NCBI GenBank assembly: GCA_964510775.1
Contig: CAZEBZ010000002.1
Coordinates: 8,447-72,446 of the forward strand
Direction of reading: 5' to 3'
Origin: an uncultured Thermodesulfobacteriota bacterium
GTDB lineage: Bacteria; Desulfobacterota; GWC2-55-46; JADFVP01
DNA length: 64,000 bases
Shown here: in pieces, positions 58,313 through 64,000 of the stretch
Layout: every line of letters begins with the position of its first letter
Position numbering within the stretch: position 1 is the stretch's first letter
Program-made: the position numbers and the translations under genes
Notes under the pieces: generated by a model
The model's database searches: none
Told to the model about the DNA's origin: nothing
Seen by the model: the letters and a program-made list of their open reading frames with translations, nothing else

Positions 58313-58340
58313 AAAAAAGGGCCCTTAAGGGCCCTTTTTT
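58313..58340. terminator. Bidirectional intrinsic terminator (A6-GGGCCC-TTAA-GGGCCC-T6)
   Basis: A perfect 6-bp GC stem with a 4-nt loop is flanked by an A-tract and a T-tract. It lies 23 nt downstream of tRNA-Cys (plus strand) and about 110 nt downstream of the minus-strand M20 peptidase gene. Confidence 0.6.
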
Positions 58341-58449
58341 ATTATTCTTTATTCTTAATAATTAATTTAACATCCCTTCCGGAGCCCACACCTCTCACTC
58401 TCTCATCTGCCGCAGCGGCGTGGTAACAGCATAGGCTCCTGCAAAAAAA

Positions 58450-59694
58450 TCACGGACAGGGTTTTATATCAGGCAGGCCCTTTATGAGATAACAGACTGA
58501 GAGCCAGGCAAGAGTCTTTACTCCAACCTCAAGGGCCTTCTCATCCACATCAAAATCCGAGCTATGCAGCTTAGCCGTAAGGCCCTTTGCCTTATTCGAG
58601 GTACCGAGCCTAAAGAGCGCGCCCGGTATCTGCTCGGTAAAGTATGCAAAGTCCTCGGCGCCCATCTTGGGATCGGGCATGGTTATAACGTTATCCTCGC
58701 CTATGACATGAGTGGCGCACCTGCTTATAAGTCCGTCTACGGCGGCGTCATTTACCACAGCAGGCGTACCGAACTCATAATCAAGCTCATAACCGCCGCC
58801 CATACCCTCGGTAACACCGCGTATAGTATCTTCCACAAAGGCGCGCACCTGCATCCTCGCCCCCTTGCTAAGGGTACGCACCGTGCCTTCCATCTCCACC
58901 CTATCGGCTATTACGTTAAGGGCCGTACCGCCATGAATCGTGCCTATGGAGATAACAGCGTGATGGAGCGGGTCTGTACGGCGGCTTACTATATGCTGCA
59001 TGGCATTTACGACAAGGGCAGACAAGAGCACGGCGTCAACGCACTGATGAGGCCTTGAGGCATGGCCGCTTTTTCCAAGCACCACAACCTTGAACTTATC
59101 GGCAGAGGCCGTCATAATACCGGCCTTATGTGCAATAGTACCTGCCTCCATCTCAGGAAAGCAGTGCAGAGCAACTATTGCCCCTGGCCTTGGGTCAAGA
59201 AGCGCACCGTCCTCTATCATCATCGAGGCCCCTGTAATACTCCTCTCCTCAGAAGGCTGAAATATTAGTTTTATCGTCCCCTTAATACGATCTTTTACTG
59301 CGGCAAGAACCATAGCCGTACCAAGGAGCACAGAAGTATGTACGTCGTGACCACAGGCGTGCATAACACCGGGAACATCAGAGGCGTAATCCACATCCTT
59401 ACTGTCCTGTATTGGCAGTGCGTCCATATCGGCCCTAAGGGCGATTGTCCGCCCCTCTCCTGCGCCGCCTCTTATAAGGGCTATAATACCGTGGCCCCCG
59501 ACATTTCTTCTCATCTCTACGCCAAGACTCTCAAGCACTCCCGCCACAAGATTAGAGGTCTTTTCCTCCTCTCCTGATAGCTCGGGCGCACTGTGAAGCT
59601 CACGCCTCAGCTCCTGTACCCTCTCTTTTACGCCATGCGCCCCGTCTATTATAGCCTCAAAAATAGCGGCCTCTGCCTCACTCTTATCACTCAT
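58450..59694 (-). CDS. M20D family amidohydrolase/peptidase (aminoacylase/hippurate hydrolase-like)
   Basis: 414 aa with M20 metal-binding blocks (MHACGHDVHTS and GxxEE in EERSITGASMMIEDG) and a dimerisation domain. Confidence 0.8.
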   Translation of the reverse strand: MSDKSEAEAAIFEAIIDGAHGVKERVQELRRELHSAPELSGEEEKTSNLVAGVLESLGVEMRRNVGGHGIIALIRGGAGEGRTIALRADMDALPIQDSKDVDYASDVPGVMHACGHDVHTSVLLGTAMVLAAVKDRIKGTIKLIFQPSEERSITGASMMIEDGALLDPRPGAIVALHCFPEMEAGTIAHKAGIMTASADKFKVVVLGKSGHASRPHQCVDAVLLSALVVNAMQHIVSRRTDPLHHAVISIGTIHGGTALNVIADRVEMEGTVRTLSKGARMQVRAFVEDTIRGVTEGMGGGYELDYEFGTPAVVNDAAVDGLISRCATHVIGEDNVITMPDPKMGAEDFAYFTEQIPGALFRLGTSNKAKGLTAKLHSSDFDVDEKALEVGVKTLAWLSVCYLIKGLPDIKPCP

Positions 59695-59753
59695 AAACCC
59701 AAGACTCCTTTAGCTGACTCTATCAATTGATTATCATAATGACGGGCCGCTCA

Positions 59754-61337
59754 TTAATGAGAAATTTTCCTTACAGCGCCGCCTCGCCTGTGGTCTCCAG
59801 AGCCGCTTAAAACCCCTCCCTCACTGACAATAGTATGAACGCCGCCAAAATACATGTCCTTCTTTCTCCACTTCTTAACCTCGGCGCCGGCGGCGACGAG
59901 TGCATCTATCTCAGAGGCACAAATACCTGCCTCAACATCTGTGACTCCCTCCTCAGAGTGAATGCGCGGCGAGTTTACGGCCTCGTAAACGGGCAGATTA
60001 AAGTCTACTACATTAAGTATAGTCTGCAGCACAGCGCTCCGTATACGCTTTGAGCCGCCGCTGCCAAGCACCATCTCTCCGGCGCCACCTCTCATCACGA
60101 TAGTCGGAGACATCATTGAGCTGAGCCTCACTCCTGCCGTTATGGCATGAAAACCCTGTGGGTTAAGGTCGTGCTCGCCAAGCATATTGTTCATCATTAT
60201 CCCCGTGCCGGGAATCATAAATCCGCAGCCCATGCCAACTGACGTTGTCATGGAGACAAGGTTGCCTGCCTCGTCTGCAACGCTTATATGCGTAGTATCG
60301 CCAAGGGGCCGCGGGCCCGCCTGATCCGCACCATCGGCCTGCGCGCCCTGCTCGGCAAGACGCCTTCTAAAACCGCTGATATGTTCGTTAGATAAAAACC
60401 TCTCCAGAAGCCCTTTAGCAAACAAATTGTGGTCAAAAGAAGCGCGCCGAGCCTCGTCCGTAAGCTTCATGACTTGAGAGAGAGACCTCATATAAGGGGC
60501 GCTGTTATGGCCAAGGCCCTGCACGTCCATATCCTCAAGAAGTCTCAGCGCAAAGGCTATGAGCGCGCCGCCGGAAGATGGCGGGGGGTTTGTGTATATG
60601 TTTCTTCCCCTGTAGGCGAACTCAAGGGGTTTTCTTATAATAGGCCGATACAGCGCAAGGTCTTCTTCTGTAATGAGACCGCCCTTTTGAGGGCCAAATT
60701 CCTCTAAGAGGCCCTCGGCGATATTACCGGTATAAAAACTCATCAGCCCATCGCTGGCAAGAGACTCAAAAGTATCTGCCATGAGCCCGTGTTTAATAAT
60801 ACCGCCCTCGGCGATAGCTTGGCCGCCGGGCATGTATATTTCAGTCGACGCAGCTGAGGCCTCGAACATGGGCTGAAGCAGTGTGTTAAAGTAGCTCTGC
60901 GCCGCTGTTACGGGAAATCCGCCTCGCGCCATGCTTATGGCAGGCTCAAGAAGAACGTCTACGGGCAGCGTGCAGTGCCTCTTTCGCACCTCCTCAAGAC
61001 CTGCGACAACGCCGGGCACGGCAGCCGCTGCGCGCCCGATATAAACAGTCTGCAGGGCATCGGCAAAGTCTATCTGAAGAGGGAAAAAATCAATCTCATC
61101 TCTACTCTTGGCGCCAAGACCGGGCATTGTAGTAAAAAAATCATATACAATATTCTCGCCCCCCGCGCCATGGACAGTCATAAAACCGCCGCCTCCGGCG
61201 CTCGTTAAGGCCCCTTCTGCTACAAAAGAGGCAAAGGCCGCCGCAACGGCAGCATCAAAGGCATTGCCGCCTCTTTCAAACATAGAGGCCCCTGCCTCTG
61301 CGGTAAGCTCGTGCCCGCCTACGATTATACCCTTCAA
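59754..61337 (-). CDS. ggt: Gamma-glutamyltransferase
   Basis: 527 aa of the GGT family. The autoprocessing and catalytic Thr lies in GDTTHISVADEAGN, with conserved C-terminal small-subunit blocks (GGSKRIRSA). Confidence 0.9.
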   Translation of the reverse strand: MKGIIVGGHELTAEAGASMFERGGNAFDAAVAAAFASFVAEGALTSAGGGGFMTVHGAGGENIVYDFFTTMPGLGAKSRDEIDFFPLQIDFADALQTVYIGRAAAAVPGVVAGLEEVRKRHCTLPVDVLLEPAISMARGGFPVTAAQSYFNTLLQPMFEASAASTEIYMPGGQAIAEGGIIKHGLMADTFESLASDGLMSFYTGNIAEGLLEEFGPQKGGLITEEDLALYRPIIRKPLEFAYRGRNIYTNPPPSSGGALIAFALRLLEDMDVQGLGHNSAPYMRSLSQVMKLTDEARRASFDHNLFAKGLLERFLSNEHISGFRRRLAEQGAQADGADQAGPRPLGDTTHISVADEAGNLVSMTTSVGMGCGFMIPGTGIMMNNMLGEHDLNPQGFHAITAGVRLSSMMSPTIVMRGGAGEMVLGSGGSKRIRSAVLQTILNVVDFNLPVYEAVNSPRIHSEEGVTDVEAGICASEIDALVAAGAEVKKWRKKDMYFGGVHTIVSEGGVLSGSGDHRRGGAVRKISH

Positions 61338-62485
61338 CTCCCCTCGCCCTCCTTCTCTCTTGTCTGCATAACATCAGACTCGAAGAGACTGGCGAGCTCA
61401 CGGCAGAGTTCCTTAAAACTGCCTCTTTCCTCGCAAATTTCTATCTGCCTCACGGCTCCAGTATCTCCTCGCCTAAGCAGCCCCTCAAGAGAAGCGAGAT
61501 AAGACTCCGTCTTAAGAGAGGAGGCTCCGGCTGCGCACCACTGAAGAAGCTCCAATATGGCCTTTCTCGCGGTTATAGTAGCTGAGCCGTCTTCTGTGAT
61601 GAACTCACCCTCAAGACCATACCTGCAGGCACGCCACTTATTCTCCCTGATAATCGCCGAGTGAGGCCGCTTAAAGCAGACACTACGGTCAAAGTCCTCA
61701 CCAAACCTCTTTACAAGGGCCTGGATAAAGGCGGCTATGTTCATAACCTCGCCAAGGGTAGAGGGTATGTCGCATATTCTCACCTCTATGGTACCGAAAT
61801 TAGGGTGGGGCCGCACGTCCCACCAGAGCTCGCGAATAGTCTTGATAGTGCCTGTTGAGATATATGTATTTACAAGACGGGTATAATCGGCGAAGTTATG
61901 AAAATAAAAGGGCAGCCCGCCGATGGGAAGGTTCTCAAAGACCTTTGTCCTGTAAGACATTAACCCCGTGCGCTCACCCTCCCAGAATGGCGAGTTTGAG
62001 GTAAGGGCAAGGAGATGGGGCAGGTAATAGAGCAGCCTGTTCATTACATATATGCATTTTTCCGCGCTGCTTATACCCACATGAACGTGAAGCCCAAAGA
62101 TATTAAAACGTCTGGCAACCATCTGCAGGTTATCAAGAAGCTCGTTGTACCTCTCATCTGACGTAACGCTCTGCGCCTTCCAGCGCGAGAAGGGATGAGT
62201 GCTTGCCGCGGCGATAAGAACGCCTTGCTTCTTTGCCGCCCTTATAACAGGCGCAAGCGTGGAGCTGAGGTCAGCCTGCGCCTCGGCCACGCTGTAGCAT
62301 TTTTTTGATATTACCTCAAGGTTACTCCGCATAAGCTCGTGTTTTACAGAGCCTCTTAGCCCATCGAGAGAATCGATAATATGAGAAGAGCGCGGCACAA
62401 GCTCAAGGGTCTCGCTGTCAAGGAGCTGCAGCTCAAGCTCTACGCCAAGCGTAAGATCTTCAAGACCATTATAGGCTATATCCAT
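61334..62485 (-). CDS. Carboxylate-amine ligase, YbdK/GCS2 family (putative glutamate--cysteine ligase 2)
   Basis: 383 aa. The N-terminus LTLGVELELQLLD and the H...HVHVG blocks are typical of GCS2. The gene overlaps ggt by 4 nt. Confidence 0.8.
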   Translation of the reverse strand: MDIAYNGLEDLTLGVELELQLLDSETLELVPRSSHIIDSLDGLRGSVKHELMRSNLEVISKKCYSVAEAQADLSSTLAPVIRAAKKQGVLIAAASTHPFSRWKAQSVTSDERYNELLDNLQMVARRFNIFGLHVHVGISSAEKCIYVMNRLLYYLPHLLALTSNSPFWEGERTGLMSYRTKVFENLPIGGLPFYFHNFADYTRLVNTYISTGTIKTIRELWWDVRPHPNFGTIEVRICDIPSTLGEVMNIAAFIQALVKRFGEDFDRSVCFKRPHSAIIRENKWRACRYGLEGEFITEDGSATITARKAILELLQWCAAGASSLKTESYLASLEGLLRRGDTGAVRQIEICEERGSFKELCRELASLFESDVMQTREKEGEGS

Positions 62486-62566
62486 ACTTTATCCAGTCTC
62501 CACGAAGGTTTACCAACAATTTCAAGAGACCGCCACCTCCCACCTAATGAGAATAAGGGCCGTCCG

Positions 62567-62962
62567 TTAAATCTCTACCTTGACAGTATCGCCATCTACC
62601 TTTACTTTAAATGTCTTTAGATTGCCCGTCTTTATATGAGTCGTCACCTTACGGCTCACCTGCCTGCCCATTCGCCGTAAAAGACACTTAGGGCCGCTTC
62701 TGTCACCCTCGGCACGGCAGAGTACGGGGCCGCTAAGGGCCCTTCCATCATGAATATCAAACTGTGAGTAATGCCAGGGGCAGGTGAGTATGTACCCCAC
62801 AAGAGTGCCCTTATCAAGGCGCCCCCTCATGTGGCCGCACCTCTTTGAGAGGGCGTAAAACTGCCCGCCCTCATTGCATATCACTATCTCAGTACCCTCT
62901 ACAGTAAAACCCTTCATACCGCCAGGGGCTATCTCACAGGTCTTGGTCACCTCTACAAACAT
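62567..62962 (-). CDS. Rieske [2Fe-2S] domain protein (NirD-like small Rieske ferredoxin)
   Basis: 131 aa with CGHM...(17 aa)...CPWH Rieske boxes. Confidence 0.7.
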   Translation of the reverse strand: MFVEVTKTCEIAPGGMKGFTVEGTEIVICNEGGQFYALSKRCGHMRGRLDKGTLVGYILTCPWHYSQFDIHDGRALSGPVLCRAEGDRSGPKCLLRRMGRQVSRKVTTHIKTGNLKTFKVKVDGDTVKVEI

Positions 62963-62963
62963 A

Positions 62964-63326
62964 TCAAGTATCCCTCACGTCATCAGGGGCGATAATTTGC
63001 AGCGCCTCAGGGTCTGTTACGTCCTTATGTACAAAGAGACCGCACCAGCAGCGCTTCATTTTGTCAAAATGCTCTCTATGAAATGGAATACAGGGACATA
63101 CTATCTTCATATCAAGCTCGCGCTCACCTGTAAGGCCCTGACATGGGCAAAAGGGAGCACCCTCGCGTCCCTCGATAATAACCTCCTGCTCCAGAAGGAA
63201 ATCAACATCTTCCTCATCAGGGCTGAACTTATAACCCAGCTGGTCTACGATATACTCGAAGAGAAACCAGAGCGCCTTCTTCCTTGCCTCCAGCGTAGTT
63301 TTTGCCTTCTCCTCTACCTCTCCCAT
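62964..63326 (-). CDS. Ferredoxin:thioredoxin reductase catalytic-subunit-like protein (FtrB family; CPC/CPC/CWC)
   Basis: 120 aa. FCPCQG...(14 aa)...VCPCIPFHREHFDKMKRCWCGLF matches the FTR catalytic chain CPC-x-CPC-x-CHC cysteine pattern, except that Trp replaces the catalytic His of CHC. Confidence 0.65.
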   Translation of the reverse strand: MGEVEEKAKTTLEARKKALWFLFEYIVDQLGYKFSPDEEDVDFLLEQEVIIEGREGAPFCPCQGLTGERELDMKIVCPCIPFHREHFDKMKRCWCGLFVHKDVTDPEALQIIAPDDVRDT

Positions 63327-63592
63327 GGTTTCTTTTCCAGCTTAAGCCCAAGAAGCTCGGCGAGCCTCACGGGGTTAAAGCCGACTACTACGGCCTCGCC
63401 TATCCTCACCCAGGGAAAAGCCGGAGTACCTGAGGAGTCCATGAGCCTGCGAATCTCGGCCTGCTGCGCCTCATCGGCAGAGTCGTACTCCAGATACTCG
63501 AACTCTACATTATTATCAAGAAAGAATTTTTTGACCTTTCGACACCCGGGACAGGTGCTAAGGGCGTAAAAAAGAACCTTTTTCATCGTCAC
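63314..63592 (-). CDS. Glutaredoxin-like / NrdH-like thioredoxin-fold protein
   Basis: 92 aa with a CPGC active site at residues 14-17, a cis-Pro region GTPAFPWV, and a VVGF motif. It overlaps the FTR-like gene by 13 nt. Confidence 0.7.
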   Translation of the reverse strand: MTMKKVLFYALSTCPGCRKVKKFFLDNNVEFEYLEYDSADEAQQAEIRRLMDSSGTPAFPWVRIGEAVVVGFNPVRLAELLGLKLEKKPWER

Positions 63593-63906
63593 ACCTCTAT
63601 CTTTATAAATACCCGTCCATCCACTATGCGCTGCTCGTATATTTTAAGAGCGATCTCCTCTGCGTCAAGAAAGATACCCGTCCTTATATCGTACCTCCAG
63701 TCGTGACATGGGCACTCTATGACAAACCCGCTAAGAGAGCCGCCGTCAAGGGGGCACCCCATATGGGAGCACTTATTAGTAAGGGCGTAGATCTCTTTAT
63801 CTTTTTTTATAAGAAGTACAGGCACTCCGCGGGGTCTCACTACCGTGGGAGTTGAGTCGAAGAGTTCTGACTCTTCAACGACAAAAATCCATGGGTCTGA
63901 AGGCAT
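63589..63906 (-). CDS. Rieske [2Fe-2S] domain protein
   Basis: 105 aa with CSHMGC...(14 aa)...CPCH Rieske boxes. It overlaps the downstream glutaredoxin-like gene by 4 nt. Confidence 0.7.
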   Translation of the reverse strand: MPSDPWIFVVEESELFDSTPTVVRPRGVPVLLIKKDKEIYALTNKCSHMGCPLDGGSLSGFVIECPCHDWRYDIRTGIFLDAEEIALKIYEQRIVDGRVFIKIEV

Positions 63907-64000
63907 GATACCTCTCTACTTAAGTCGATATGTTCATCTGTGCGGCATTGAGTTTATATTATACACCAGAGCATGAATTTTGCAAGAAAGGGCAAGGCAG

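Overview
Almost every gene in this 64 kb window is on the minus strand. The composition is moderate-GC bacterial, Deltaproteobacteria-like. The core is ordinary housekeeping: recJ, queA-tgt-yajC-secD-secF, an RNase G gene with two radical-SAM neighbours, a complete 16-gene dcw cell-division and peptidoglycan cluster (mraZ through ftsZ), rnpB, RNase HI, two tRNAs, and a CCA-adding enzyme fused to DHH and CBS domains. Five regions are not ordinary. (1) At 2.7-8.2 kb, a GAF-GGDEF gene, a P-loop ATPase fused to an RsbW-like serine kinase, a STAS protein and a GAF-HD-GYP gene form a c-di-GMP plus partner-switching module. (2) At 13.7-14.15 kb there is a structured AT-rich tandem repeat between spoIID-like and queA. 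(3) At 48.7-57.7 kb, nine genes carry 32 CxxCH heme-binding motifs together with NHL and PQQ beta-propellers and two small HAMP-only membrane proteins. This looks like an extracellular or periplasmic electron-transfer module with no porin gene. (4) At 57.75-58.2 kb, between that operon and tRNA-Cys, a near-consensus promoter reads into about 160 nt of G-rich 18-nt tandem repeats. (5) At 58.4-63.9 kb, a thiol-redox operon carries a ferredoxin:thioredoxin-reductase-like catalytic subunit (CPC/CPC/CWC), a glutaredoxin-like protein, two Rieske proteins, GCS2 (glutamate-cysteine ligase family 2), GGT and an M20 peptidase. All calls come from reading the translated ORFs and the raw sequence. No database searches were run.
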